DNA from: a virus
Virus genome (UHGV): UHGV-0306641
Strand: one strand, 5' to 3'
DNA length: 64,000 bases
The position numbers and the translations under genes were made by a program. How positions within the stretch are numbered: position 1 is the first letter of the stretch; every line of letters starts with the position of its first letter. Below, piece by piece: positions 46,356 to 56,132 of the stretch. The notes beneath the pieces were generated by a model. The model had not been told where the DNA came from. It ran no database searches and was given only the letters and a program-made list of their open reading frames with translations.

Positions 46356-47550
46356 TTTTCCCCGCGCCAGTAACGGTCGATATCAAACAGAAGGCCTAAG
46401 CGCTCGCGAGTTCGAACGCCTATTCAACCAGATTGAGAAGGATAAGCGAAGCAAGCGCCGCGCCGCTCGCCGCACTCTGACGCCGTTTTCACTGAAGAAC
46501 AAAACAGCCGAAGATATCCTCTCGCTTGGCAAGAAGAAAAAAGGCGGTACGTTCTTCACGGTCGAAGACCTGAAGGCATTTGAAAGTCGCCGCAAGGATA
46601 TCCGACAGACGTTCAATTCAGGCGTCGCCGGGATTACCTATGCCCAGCTCATAGCCGGAAGTGAAGCGATTGACGTTAAACGTGCTAACAACGCCGTAGA
46701 CGACGGTTCCGGCATTAAGCGCGCCGTGCCTTCATCATTGAAGCATAACGTCGTCACAGTCAGCGTGGAGGCTTCAGATCGATCCGAAGACCAGCATCAC
46801 CGCGTAAAAGTACGCTTTGAGGAATGGGATTCACTGATTGATGAGCTGGGGGATGAGACTAGCGCGGTAAAAGTGACGAAAAAGCTGTGTGCCGGTCGCG
46901 TATCCTTCGATTGTGATTGTGGTCGTCATCAATACTGGTATCGCTACATCGCGACCGCTGGTAACTTTGCCCTGGCACCACCAAAGGAATATGCCTTCCC
47001 CAAAATCCGTAACCCTAATCTCAAAGGGATCGCCTGTAAGCACGTGATCCACGCAATGACCCGACTCCAGTCGGCAAGCTGGCAATTGCGGATCGGTCAG
47101 GCCATGCTGCAGGCCGCTAAGCGTGTAGGGTTCGGTGACGACAAGCGGAGAACTACCAAACATTTCACTGAGGAAGACCGGAAAAGATTCAACAAGAACC
47201 GTAACTCACAGACTAACCAGGGGGCGATGCGTCAGGAGTGGGATAAATACCAGCGCCGCCAGAAAGCGCTGGGTAATCAGATTGCGCGAGACAGTACAAA
47301 GCTACGTTCCCTCAGCGACAAACTACTAAAAGCCCGGAAAATGACGCAAAAACAACGGGCAAAGGCAGAAGAAAGTCAGCAAAAGCTTAAAGCCGAGCAG
47401 GATAAAAACAAGGTGCTGCAGCAGCAGCTCGCCGATCGTTTCAAGGTGGAACGCCAGGCGTTTATTGATGCGATGATAATGACTGGTGTATCACGTCAGG
47501 ACGCCGAGAAGCGCTTCCTGGACTACGTGAAAAACAAAGGCAGGGGTTAA
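46348..47550 (+). CDS. SWIM zinc-finger protein with a C-terminal coiled coil
   Basis: 400 aa. 'FDCDCGRHQYW...GIACKHVIHAM' is a CxCx(n)CxH SWIM motif. The last ~150 aa are Lys/Gln-rich heptads. Confidence 0.4.
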   Translation: MADFPRASNGRYQTEGLSAREFERLFNQIEKDKRSKRRAARRTLTPFSLKNKTAEDILSLGKKKKGGTFFTVEDLKAFESRRKDIRQTFNSGVAGITYAQLIAGSEAIDVKRANNAVDDGSGIKRAVPSSLKHNVVTVSVEASDRSEDQHHRVKVRFEEWDSLIDELGDETSAVKVTKKLCAGRVSFDCDCGRHQYWYRYIATAGNFALAPPKEYAFPKIRNPNLKGIACKHVIHAMTRLQSASWQLRIGQAMLQAAKRVGFGDDKRRTTKHFTEEDRKRFNKNRNSQTNQGAMRQEWDKYQRRQKALGNQIARDSTKLRSLSDKLLKARKMTQKQRAKAEESQQKLKAEQDKNKVLQQQLADRFKVERQAFIDAMIMTGVSRQDAEKRFLDYVKNKGRG

Positions 47551-47586
47551 TACAAAAGCCCCCAACCTTTCGGTCAGGGGGCTATT

Positions 47587-48006
47587 TTACGCGTCCATGA
47601 ATGAGCTTGCCGGAATGTTAAAGCGCCGCGCAAGTGCTTTCATGTGATCCAGTGTTAATGAGCGAGTCCCGTTAAGGATACGGCTCACAAGCGATTTCTT
47701 ACCAATCTCTTCCTCAAAATCACTCTGAGTCAGTTTGTGCTGGTCCATCAGGACACGCAGCAGGGCCACGCCGCTTGGTAACGCTGCAATACGCTCGTTG
47801 AACTCAGCCAACTCTTCCGCCTCATCTTCATACTGGGAAATTTTCGCAACCAGCATGTCCACCAGCGGATGATCTGGCTCGTGTTCAATCAGGTATTCAA
47901 CCAGCGTCAGCGCGTCTTCATAGTCCTTACGAGAGGCATTGCCCCCCAGGAGGGGGACAATGCTAACCAGGCTGTTTGCCGCCTGGAGAGCATCGGTATA
48001 CATCAT
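47587..48006 (-). CDS. higA: HigA-like antitoxin (HTH, Xre-type)
   Basis: 139 aa, downstream of and overlapping the toxin gene. C-terminal HTH 'LTQSDFEEEIGKKSLVSRILNGTRSLTLDHMKALARRFNI'. Confidence 0.5.
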   Translation of the reverse strand: MMYTDALQAANSLVSIVPLLGGNASRKDYEDALTLVEYLIEHEPDHPLVDMLVAKISQYEDEAEELAEFNERIAALPSGVALLRVLMDQHKLTQSDFEEEIGKKSLVSRILNGTRSLTLDHMKALARRFNIPASSFMDA

Positions 48007-48347
48007 TCTTTCGTTCTCCGGTAAAAATCTGTCAGCTTGTCGTATTCGGCATGTGTGGTTATGTGCTTTATGAAGATTTTCCCACGTTCAAAATCAGCAA
48101 AAAACATCACTCTCAAATTCCCGCCGCCTACATCGATCACCCACCACTTCTCCCGATATTTCATTCTGTCCAGCGAGGCAAATCGCTTCTTCATGTCGTC
48201 CGGTGAAGTGTAATTATCTTTCTTCAAAGTCCGGTATACGCTTTCAAGTGCCGCTGCCTGATTGGGAAATTGCCTGGTGGCTGTATCGAAGGGAATCCTC
48301 GATACAACGTGCATCCTTATCTCCTTTCGTTTCCATCTTGGAAACAT
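48003..48347 (-). CDS. higB: HigB-like toxin (RelE/ParE superfamily)
   Basis: 114 aa, toxin-first gene order. Basic, with 'WWVIDVGGGNLRVMF...IKHITTHAEYD' resembling HigB. Confidence 0.5.
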   Translation of the reverse strand: MFPRWKRKEIRMHVVSRIPFDTATRQFPNQAAALESVYRTLKKDNYTSPDDMKKRFASLDRMKYREKWWVIDVGGGNLRVMFFADFERGKIFIKHITTHAEYDKLTDFYRRTKE

Positions 48348-48463
48348 AGTATCTCACTATCCGAATGTTGACAAGATGGATACTAAAATAATTTATGCAT
48401 CTGCAATTCACAATCTCCATACAGTGCTCACATCCGCAAATTAACCCGTCAGTGAGGCACAGA

Positions 48464-49225
48464 ATGGGCCGTTTTGATGAATGGCTTAACGACACAAAGC
48501 CGGTAACAGTCACACCGGTTAGCTCTGCCGTTATCCAGCCAGAGGAAACAACCGAAGTCACCCCACCAGCAATTACCGATATGGATGAGCTGGTGGAGGT
48601 GGATATTGCTGCCCCGCAGCAGCCAGAAGAAACGCTTTTTGATGAGATAGGCTCAACAGAAAGCGCGCCGGTCGCAGCATTGCCAGGTGAACTGGCGACA
48701 CGCGATCAGGACATAAGTCTGAAGCCGCGTTTTAAAGGTCACTCCCCGCTCAATTCGATGGTTCGCCTGGACTGGATGAAACTCATTGAACTGCACCCGG
48801 ATAACTTTGACGCCCTGCTCTTTCGGCCTGACCCCGAGGATGTGGGCGAAGTTGACGAAGAAAGCGGCATTGAAGGCCCATCCTACACCGAACTGAACAA
48901 CAATCAGCGTGACCTACGCTATCTCGATCCGGTCCCGGTCAAAGTGCTGGATTGTCCTGATGAACGGGACTCATTTCAGGTCGTGGATTCTGACGGCGAA
49001 CAGGATGGACTGAGTGACGAGCTTCAGTTACTACGTATAGCCGCAGAAAACGTGTCTATCGGCTCAATACTCACCTGGAATGAGGAAATGGCATCCGGGA
49101 AGCTGGCCCAGCGCTGGTGGTATGTACACCGCATTTACAGCTTTGGTACGCAGCACGTCGGATCGCTGTATTACTGCATTCCTGCACGAAACATGGATAC
49201 AACTGAGGGAGGGATCGTTAAATGA
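48464..49225 (+). CDS. Highly acidic protein (possible scaffold or DNA mimic)
   Basis: Start at the Met of MGRFDEW after GTGAGG; 253 aa. Very Asp/Glu-rich N-terminal two-thirds. Confidence 0.4.
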   Translation: MGRFDEWLNDTKPVTVTPVSSAVIQPEETTEVTPPAITDMDELVEVDIAAPQQPEETLFDEIGSTESAPVAALPGELATRDQDISLKPRFKGHSPLNSMVRLDWMKLIELHPDNFDALLFRPDPEDVGEVDEESGIEGPSYTELNNNQRDLRYLDPVPVKVLDCPDERDSFQVVDSDGEQDGLSDELQLLRIAAENVSIGSILTWNEEMASGKLAQRWWYVHRIYSFGTQHVGSLYYCIPARNMDTTEGGIVK

Positions 49226-49986
49226 GTAGAGAACTTTTAGCCAAAACGCGCCAGTGGAAAAAAACACGTACAGGAAAGTTCGAAATAACCGGATTTTCCG
49301 CGATCGATGAAGCTGTGGCGCGTGAAATTAATATAATTTTCAGCGACGTCGTAGTGACTCACCCCAGCAGGGGCCGTGAGCGGTTTGCAGAGTTCCTGAA
49401 GCGTAAGCCGGAAGACCGCGTATTCGTGGGCAATTTTGATAACGTGGTTGAGTTTTTGGGCGCGGTTCGTCGCGCAGCTGCCGGACGCCGTAGCATTCCA
49501 TCCGATAAAATCATTAACCGCGACGCCATGCCGTTTATCAACATTTCACGGACCTTTGACGCTGACTACGAAAATAACGACAACCAACGTCATCGGCGCG
49601 AGGTAGGAGACTTAATGGCTGATGATGGCGAAACACCTATCGCTGAGGTGGACGCAATGCAGGTATTGCTAACCTACAACGTTACGTTGATTGCTGCCGA
49701 AAAATCTACTCTCAGCCTGATGTGTAACACCTTAGCGTCATCATTACGCTGGCGCGAATCCACCAGCTTTACGGCTATCGACTATCTGGTTAACGCAAAA
49801 ACGGAAATTGATTGCTCCTTCCAGGATGCAAAGGCTATCGGTTACAGCGATTTATCTACGCCGATCACCGAAAACCGGATATTTGCAGCCCAGGCGACGT
49901 TAACGGTTATGGCAGACATGCTAACCGCGTTCGAAGTTGATGCGAGCGAGGTTCGTATTCATACGTACAGCAGCACTCAGGGTTAG
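49222..49986 (+). CDS. Hypothetical virion protein
   Basis: 254 aa; ATGA coupling. Confidence 0.35.
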   Translation: MSRELLAKTRQWKKTRTGKFEITGFSAIDEAVAREINIIFSDVVVTHPSRGRERFAEFLKRKPEDRVFVGNFDNVVEFLGAVRRAAAGRRSIPSDKIINRDAMPFINISRTFDADYENNDNQRHRREVGDLMADDGETPIAEVDAMQVLLTYNVTLIAAEKSTLSLMCNTLASSLRWRESTSFTAIDYLVNAKTEIDCSFQDAKAIGYSDLSTPITENRIFAAQATLTVMADMLTAFEVDASEVRIHTYSSTQG

Positions 49987-49988
49987 TT

Positions 49989-50969
49989 ATGGCTCAGTTA
50001 CAGCAATACTTTCTTCAGTCGGCAACGCTTAACGATCAGGTCATCCCCCGAGAATGGATAAATTCGGTTCTCTACATTGAGAAAACAGCGCTTACCGGCC
50101 CCCTTCTACGCCTGGAAGTGAGGGATGCCACGGGTTCTATTGTTGACGAATACAAAGCGGCCTACGGCGCTAAGCTGGTGGTCGAAACGGGCGATCCCAC
50201 CGGCGACCGCAAGACGGTAAAAGAAACCTTTTTCGTTACGTCAGCACCAGCACAGGGTGATGTGGTCCAGATAACGGCGATCCTTGACGCTCTGAAGACA
50301 ATCAAGACGCCCACCAGCGCGGCAAAACTGTTTTCAAACAGACAGCCAAGAGACATTCTCAAAGACTTTGCAGGTTCTTTAACCGTTGAGGCTGATACGT
50401 TTAAAAAGGCAGGTACGTATCACCTAAATATGGGGGAAAAGCCGTCGCTGGTGCTCAGCCAAATAGCTGCCGATCATGGTGCTCTGGTGTGGATAGCGCG
50501 CGGTAAGTTTTACGTGAAAGAAATGGCGCGCTTAATCAAGACAAAAGCGGTGATGGTGTATGAGTCCAATAACCCCTCAGCTCAATACACGATCAGCCGT
50601 TCCGAGCATATCAATCAGGATTTTGCCGCCACACAGGATAGCCAGTATCGCTTTGTGGGTTACTCAGAAACTGATGGGTATGTCGAAACTGGGGACGCCT
50701 CCCTGCCCGTTCGATACGTTTCTGATGCAGATATGTCCACGCTGAAGAACATGCAGCAGGTACTGGTACCGAAATTAGACATTGAGGTATCAGGTAACAC
50801 AGATATCACTGCAGGCATGGTGATCGGTATCCAGATCCATCGCTACGACCAGAAAAACCAGGTAGATGAATCCCTCCCGAAAAACTTCATTGTCGAGCGA
50901 GTGGCGCATTACGAAGACCGCATATCGTATATCACGCGCATGATATTAGGAGTGCCATATATTGAGTAA
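49989..50969 (+). CDS. Putative baseplate hub / gpD-like tail protein (by position upstream of the gpV-like spike)
   Basis: 326 aa. Overlaps the gpV-like gene start. Confidence 0.3.
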   Translation: MAQLQQYFLQSATLNDQVIPREWINSVLYIEKTALTGPLLRLEVRDATGSIVDEYKAAYGAKLVVETGDPTGDRKTVKETFFVTSAPAQGDVVQITAILDALKTIKTPTSAAKLFSNRQPRDILKDFAGSLTVEADTFKKAGTYHLNMGEKPSLVLSQIAADHGALVWIARGKFYVKEMARLIKTKAVMVYESNNPSAQYTISRSEHINQDFAATQDSQYRFVGYSETDGYVETGDASLPVRYVSDADMSTLKNMQQVLVPKLDIEVSGNTDITAGMVIGIQIHRYDQKNQVDESLPKNFIVERVAHYEDRISYITRMILGVPYIE

Positions 50970-51618
50970 GAAAAGAGCTGTCATTGTGGGAACCAAACAC
51001 CCAGGCGGATTAATGCGCGCGCAAGTAAGGGTGTTGCCGGATTGGGTTGGCGTACCGGATGAATCGTTACCGTGGGCGGAATACATGATGCCCATAGGCA
51101 ATGCTTTTACACCAACTGTTACCGGCGATCTGGTATGGGTAGAGTTTCCATATACCGATGTACGAGGAAAGCCTGATACGCGACGACCATTGATTGTAGG
51201 CGCGGCCTCCGATTCGCCTGGCGGGGTTCCTAACGTTGCGCCTGAAGCGTCCGGGCAAGGTGCCGCGTGGGAGCCGCCGCCGGTTGATGGTGCGCCAGCG
51301 CGCCCACAATTCACACCAAGTGAAGATTTTGTTGTGCATCGCAATAACGTTTTTGAGGTTCGTACAGCTGGTGGCGGGTATGAGATAGCCAATACCGCAG
51401 CTGGTACGCGCATAGGCATGAATGAGGCCGGTAAAGCCTACATTATCGGGCCTGGTGATATGGTCTTTGATGCTGGTGGAGACTTCATTGTAAAAGCTGG
51501 TGGAAAGATCAGCATGGAATCTAAGGATAAAACAGAAATTAAGTCAGGCGCAGCAATGGACCTTACTGCATCTGGCAAGCTGAGCGGCAAAGCTTCTCAA
51601 GTTGATTTTTCAAAATAA
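50962..51618 (+). CDS. Baseplate spike, gpV/Mu gp45-like
   Basis: 218 aa. N-terminal OB-fold-like 'GTKHPGGLMRAQVRVLPDW...MPIGNAF...GDLVWVEFPYTD' resembles the gpV family ('V.V.lPG.....WLPv......G.gf.ffPevGdeVlV.F'). Confidence 0.45.
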   Translation: MSKKRAVIVGTKHPGGLMRAQVRVLPDWVGVPDESLPWAEYMMPIGNAFTPTVTGDLVWVEFPYTDVRGKPDTRRPLIVGAASDSPGGVPNVAPEASGQGAAWEPPPVDGAPARPQFTPSEDFVVHRNNVFEVRTAGGGYEIANTAAGTRIGMNEAGKAYIIGPGDMVFDAGGDFIVKAGGKISMESKDKTEIKSGAAMDLTASGKLSGKASQVDFSK

Positions 51619-51684
51619 ATAACATTAATTCTAAGGAACAATGTGATTTAATCTACCTGTCTTTATCAGGTAGGTAATCACAGG

Positions 51685-52593
51685 ATGAAATCTCCTTTCT
51701 TAAAAAACGTCTGTATCTATCGCCTTTCGCGTGATTTTTCCCTGTCACGCGAGGCGTTTCACGAGCAATTAGCCCAGTTCGCTTTCACGCCTTGTGCAGC
51801 TCAGGATATGGCTACGTCTGGTTGGGTAAACGTTACCCCGGAGACAATGGTTATTGAGCATGAAGGCTCTTACCTGATCTGCTATTGCAATGAAAGCAAG
51901 ATACTCCCCACGCATGTAGTCAACGAGGAAGTGGCGAAGCGTGTAAGCAAGGTAGAAACCACTCAAGGCCGTAAAGTTCGCCGCGCCGAACGTCTGGCCC
52001 TCAAAGATGAAGCACTGATGGCTCTCATTCCGCGCGCATTCACCAAGCCTTCTATGCATTACGTCTGGATAGACCTGAACCTACAACGTGTGATCGTCGA
52101 AGCCGGTAGCGCCAGAACTGCAGAAAACATACTGGCCCTGTTACGTAAAACCATCGGTTCTCTGCCCGTTGTGCCGTTGATGATGGAAAACCCCATTGAG
52201 CTGACGATGACCGATTGGCTCAAATCAAATCAGATGCCCGCAGGTTTCACTATCGGCTCTGATGCCGTGTTTAAAGCCATTCTGGAGGATGGCGGCGCAC
52301 TCCGTGTCAGCAAGCAAGATCTGTTTAGCGATGAGATATCCACGCACCTGGAAGCCGGTAAGCTGGCGACCGCTGCAGGGCTGCACTGGCAGGACCGTAT
52401 GTCGTTTCGACTGATGGACGATATGACGATTAAAGCCATTAACTTCGCCGACGAGCTACGCGACCAAAATGACGATATCGATCGTGAAGACGCTCATTCC
52501 CGGCTGGTGGCTGATTTCATACTTTTCTCAGGCGAGTTCAACGCCATGATGAGCGCTCTCACCGTTGCGCTGGGTGGCGTCTGTGAACGCTAA
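51685..52593 (+). CDS. rdgC: Recombination-associated protein RdgC homolog
   Basis: 302 aa, colinear with E. coli RdgC (303 aa): '[16 protein letters not shown]...[15 protein letters not shown]...[30 protein letters not shown]' vs 'WFKNLMVYRLSREISL...FTPCGSQDMAKMGWV...[30 protein letters not shown]'. Confidence 0.8.
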   Translation: [302 protein letters not shown]

Positions 52594-54916
52594 CCACGTA
52601 ATACGCCACCAGCTGACCTATGGCTCAGTGTGTAGCGGCGTAGAGGCGGCAAGTCTGGCATGGGAACCGCTGGGCTTACGTCCTCTCTGGTTCGCTGAGA
52701 TTGAAGAATTCCCTTCTATGGTACTGGCTGAGCGCTGGCCCCATGTCCCGAACCTGGGCGATATGACAACTATCGCCGATCGTATCCGCGCGGGTGAAGT
52801 TCCCGCTCCTGATGTGCTGGTGGGCGGTACCCCCTGCCAGGACTTTTCTCTTGCTGGCTTACGCGCTGGGATGAAGGGAAAGCGCGGTCAATTAACCCTC
52901 GCATTTGTTGAGTTAGCTAATGTCATTGACGATAAACGCGCCGAAGAAGGCAAGCCGCCTGTCATCATCGTCTGGGAAAACGTCCCTGGCGTCTACAGCG
53001 ATAACAACAACGCTTTCGGAAACTTCCTCGCTGCACTGGCTGGAGAATTTGAAGCGTTTGAACCTGGCCCAAGACCTGCCCACGGAAAAACCTCTGACTA
53101 CTGGGGCTGGAACAAAAAAACCAGCATACAGTTTCCAAAGTGGTCAAAGCACGGTTGTGTTATTGGAAGAAGTCGCCGCCTGGGATGGACAACCAAAGAC
53201 GCTCAATATTTCGGAGTGGCACAACGACGCCGCCGTTGTTTCCTTGTGGCAAGTGCTCGAACGGACTTCGATCCCACGTCGGTATTTCTTGAGTCCGGCA
53301 GCGTGTGCAGGGATTCTGCACCGAGCCGCGAAGCGTGGTCGGTCGCTTCCTCCCTTACTCGAAATGGGGTTGGTGTCCGTGGCGCAGACGACAACCAAGC
53401 CCAAGCCCAGCACCTGATATGTATGGCGCATGGGCAAGCTGGCGCAGAAATCAACGATAACCTGTCACCTACCCTGACGTGTAACCATGAGCAGCCGATC
53501 ATCTTCAGTGAGCAGTCTGTGAAGACATTCCGCATGGAGGCATTAGGCCAGTATTCAGAGTGCGACTTCGCCTCAACGATTAAAGCCCGCGACTTCAAAG
53601 AAGCGACTGATCTCGTGTTGAGCTTTCCGGCACAAATGACTAGCACACAATACGCCAGCGCAGATCCAGACGTCAGTCAGACTATTCAGGCACTAAACCC
53701 GACCGCCGTTTGCTATCCCACCAGCGATAAGACAATCAGAATCGTGGTGCGTCGCATTACCCCCGTAGAAGCCGAGCGCTTACAGGGAATGCCTGACAAT
53801 CACACCCTGATCCCCGTTCACAAGATGAAACGCCTTGTTGATGATGAAATCGCCTATCTGAAACACCATTGCCCGGACATTACGGACGATATGATTTTCA
53901 AGATGGCGAAGGATGGCCCGCGCCATAAAGCCATCGGCAACAGCATGGCGGTTCCAGTTATGCGCTGGCTGATGACGCGCATTCTTACTGAATTGCCGGT
54001 TAATGCACCACAGCAATCCCCCTCTCCTGCAGCTAAAACCGTTGAAAAAATGACAAAGAAAAAACGCAAAACCTCTAAGGCGGTGAATACGTCGTCTTTT
54101 GTACGCCCGTTCCTCAAATGGCCCGGAGGGAAATATGCCCAGCTGGACCAGATCATACCGTTTATTGGAACGGGTAAGCGCCTCATTGAGCCGTTCGTCG
54201 GCGCTGGTTCGGTATTCCTCAATGCTCAAGGATTTGAGCGGTACATTGGCGGGGATACCAGTGCAGACCTTATTGGCCTTTACCATGCACTGCAGCAAAC
54301 CCCCGGCGCGCTGGTGGATAAAGCCAGGGCAATGTTTGATGGGTATAACTCCGAAAAGGGTTACTTCGACATTCGCGAGAAGTTCAATCGTATTCACTAC
54401 ACACCACTGGAGCGCGCTGCGGCGCTTCTTTACCTCAACCGCCATTCCTACAATGGCCTGATGCGTTACAACCTAAAGGGCGGGTTCAACTCATCCTACG
54501 GCAAGTATAAAGCCCCCTATTTCCCTGCAGATGAAATGGAGGCCTTTAGCAAGCTCTCCCCTTCATGCGAATTTCACTGCCAGTCCTTCGTTGACACTAT
54601 TCGCCAGGCCGGTGAAGGCGATGTGCTGTTTTGCGATCCGCCTTATATGCCGTTACCGGGTAAGGAAGGTTTCACGACATACACCGGCACTACGTTCACA
54701 GACGAACACCAATGGCAGTTGCTCAATGAAATGGTTGCGGCCCACCAGCGAGGCGCGCGCGTAGTCGCTACGAACTCCAGCAACGAAAAACTGGTTGAGG
54801 CATACCGCAAAGCTGGCTTTAACGTGCGCGACCTGTTTGCGCGCCGCTCTATGTCTTGCAAAGGCGACTCTCGTGAAATCGCTATTGATATCGTGGCGAC
54901 ACTCGGCATTTCTTAA
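52565..54916 (+). CDS. dmt: Bifunctional DNA methyltransferase: N-terminal C5-cytosine MTase fused to C-terminal Dam-like N6-adenine MTase (P1 Dmt-like)
   Basis: 783 aa (P1 Dmt is 754 aa). C5 motifs: 'SVCSGVEAASLAW' (I), 'GGTPCQDFSLAG' (IV PCQ), 'VWENV' (VI ENV). Dam motifs: 'KWPGGKYAQL' N-terminus of the second half, and 'FCDPPY' (DPPY). Confidence 0.75.
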   Translation: MRWVASVNANHVIRHQLTYGSVCSGVEAASLAWEPLGLRPLWFAEIEEFPSMVLAERWPHVPNLGDMTTIADRIRAGEVPAPDVLVGGTPCQDFSLAGLRAGMKGKRGQLTLAFVELANVIDDKRAEEGKPPVIIVWENVPGVYSDNNNAFGNFLAALAGEFEAFEPGPRPAHGKTSDYWGWNKKTSIQFPKWSKHGCVIGRSRRLGWTTKDAQYFGVAQRRRRCFLVASARTDFDPTSVFLESGSVCRDSAPSREAWSVASSLTRNGVGVRGADDNQAQAQHLICMAHGQAGAEINDNLSPTLTCNHEQPIIFSEQSVKTFRMEALGQYSECDFASTIKARDFKEATDLVLSFPAQMTSTQYASADPDVSQTIQALNPTAVCYPTSDKTIRIVVRRITPVEAERLQGMPDNHTLIPVHKMKRLVDDEIAYLKHHCPDITDDMIFKMAKDGPRHKAIGNSMAVPVMRWLMTRILTELPVNAPQQSPSPAAKTVEKMTKKKRKTSKAVNTSSFVRPFLKWPGGKYAQLDQIIPFIGTGKRLIEPFVGAGSVFLNAQGFERYIGGDTSADLIGLYHALQQTPGALVDKARAMFDGYNSEKGYFDIREKFNRIHYTPLERAAALLYLNRHSYNGLMRYNLKGGFNSSYGKYKAPYFPADEMEAFSKLSPSCEFHCQSFVDTIRQAGEGDVLFCDPPYMPLPGKEGFTTYTGTTFTDEHQWQLLNEMVAAHQRGARVVATNSSNEKLVEAYRKAGFNVRDLFARRSMSCKGDSREIAIDIVATLGIS

Positions 54917-54957
54917 AAGCATCTAATTTTCAACAAACTGTAGTTAAGGACTTTGAA

Positions 54958-55371
54958 ATGGATAAACAAGCTTTCGCAAGCAACTTAATCGTCAACGCAA
55001 CGCCTATGACACGGCAGGCATACAATGACTTGCGTGGATGGAAACTCCCTGAAAATGGTGAGGATGAAGGCTATTTAGTGGAACAAATAGATTTTGGCCC
55101 TGTAGATAGTCATCTTACGTGGGTGCCCAAAGATGCGTTTGAACGTCATCATTTGCCAATGGGTGTTAATGCTGAGAATACGTTACCGTGGAAACTGCGA
55201 GTGCTGGCAGAAAAAACGCAGCTGGAGCAACGATTAGCGGGACTGACAAAGTATCGCGAATCTGAACATTTCAGTTCTCTATCGTTCGCTCAACGATTAT
55301 TGCTCATTGAGCAACACAGGTTGATGACTGAATATTCGAACGTGCTGCAAGTTCGACTTGATTCAAATTAA
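54958..55371 (+). CDS. Hypothetical protein
   Basis: 137 aa, abutting the next gene. Confidence 0.35.
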   Translation: MDKQAFASNLIVNATPMTRQAYNDLRGWKLPENGEDEGYLVEQIDFGPVDSHLTWVPKDAFERHHLPMGVNAENTLPWKLRVLAEKTQLEQRLAGLTKYRESEHFSSLSFAQRLLLIEQHRLMTEYSNVLQVRLDSN

Positions 55372-56061
55372 GTGTTTGTCATGACGCACGACGAACTAAA
55401 CCAAATAGCCAAGCGTTGGCTGCTCAGGGCTGAAAGTGCAAAGGGACCGGGTTGTAAGGTCGCTTTCGTGGAAGTTGGAGCTGTAGGCGATACAGAGCGC
55501 GCTGACGCATGGGGTTATCGCTGGGGATGGCGCGGTGGTAGCGTGCTGGTGGAGGTTAAAGTATCCCGTTCTGACTTTTTACGGGATAAGCATAAGCCAC
55601 ACAGGAAAAGCGGTGGCATGGGAGATTACCGCTATTACATGTGTCCTGAAGGGATAATCAACATTAGTGACTTGCCGGACCGCTGGGGGCTTTTATGGGT
55701 TAACAAGCGGGGACACGTCAAACTGATGGCTGGTCATATCTGCTGTCTCGTGGGTAACAGTTGGGGTGGAAACCGTGATCTCGCCTTCTTCTGGCAGCAC
55801 GAGACGGATATGGAAGTTGAGCGCGGTCTTCTGGCCTACATGGTGTCCCGCGTGGGTGATCCTGATGCACTTCTGCAGGAGCAGCGAGGTTATTTGCGGC
55901 TTAATCAGAAACAGGCATCCCACATCATTGAATTGGAGAAAGGAGAGCGTCGTTATAGAAACGAGATTGCCAGGCTACGGCATACGCTGGAAAGAAACGG
56001 TTGGGAAGACCCTAGGACAAATACTACCGCAATCCCCCGTAAACTTGATCCCATACTCTGA
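55372..56061 (+). CDS. PD-(D/E)xK nuclease-fold protein (MmcB-like)
   Basis: 'ADAWGY...GGSVLVEVKVSRSDF' has the D...E.K arrangement of PD-(D/E)xK enzymes. Confidence 0.4.
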   Translation: MFVMTHDELNQIAKRWLLRAESAKGPGCKVAFVEVGAVGDTERADAWGYRWGWRGGSVLVEVKVSRSDFLRDKHKPHRKSGGMGDYRYYMCPEGIINISDLPDRWGLLWVNKRGHVKLMAGHICCLVGNSWGGNRDLAFFWQHETDMEVERGLLAYMVSRVGDPDALLQEQRGYLRLNQKQASHIIELEKGERRYRNEIARLRHTLERNGWEDPRTNTTAIPRKLDPIL

Positions 56062-56132
56062 AAAAGCAAAAAGGCCGCGTTAGTAACGGCCTCTTTCACA
56101 CAACATGCACATACATTGGCAATGCTACGTAA

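Noticed and set aside
52565-52593. 29-nt overlap between the rdgC stop and the annotated dmt start.
   Set aside because: Not treated as a frameshift or fusion. An in-frame GTG at 52583 could be the true start; either way the motif content of both proteins is intact.
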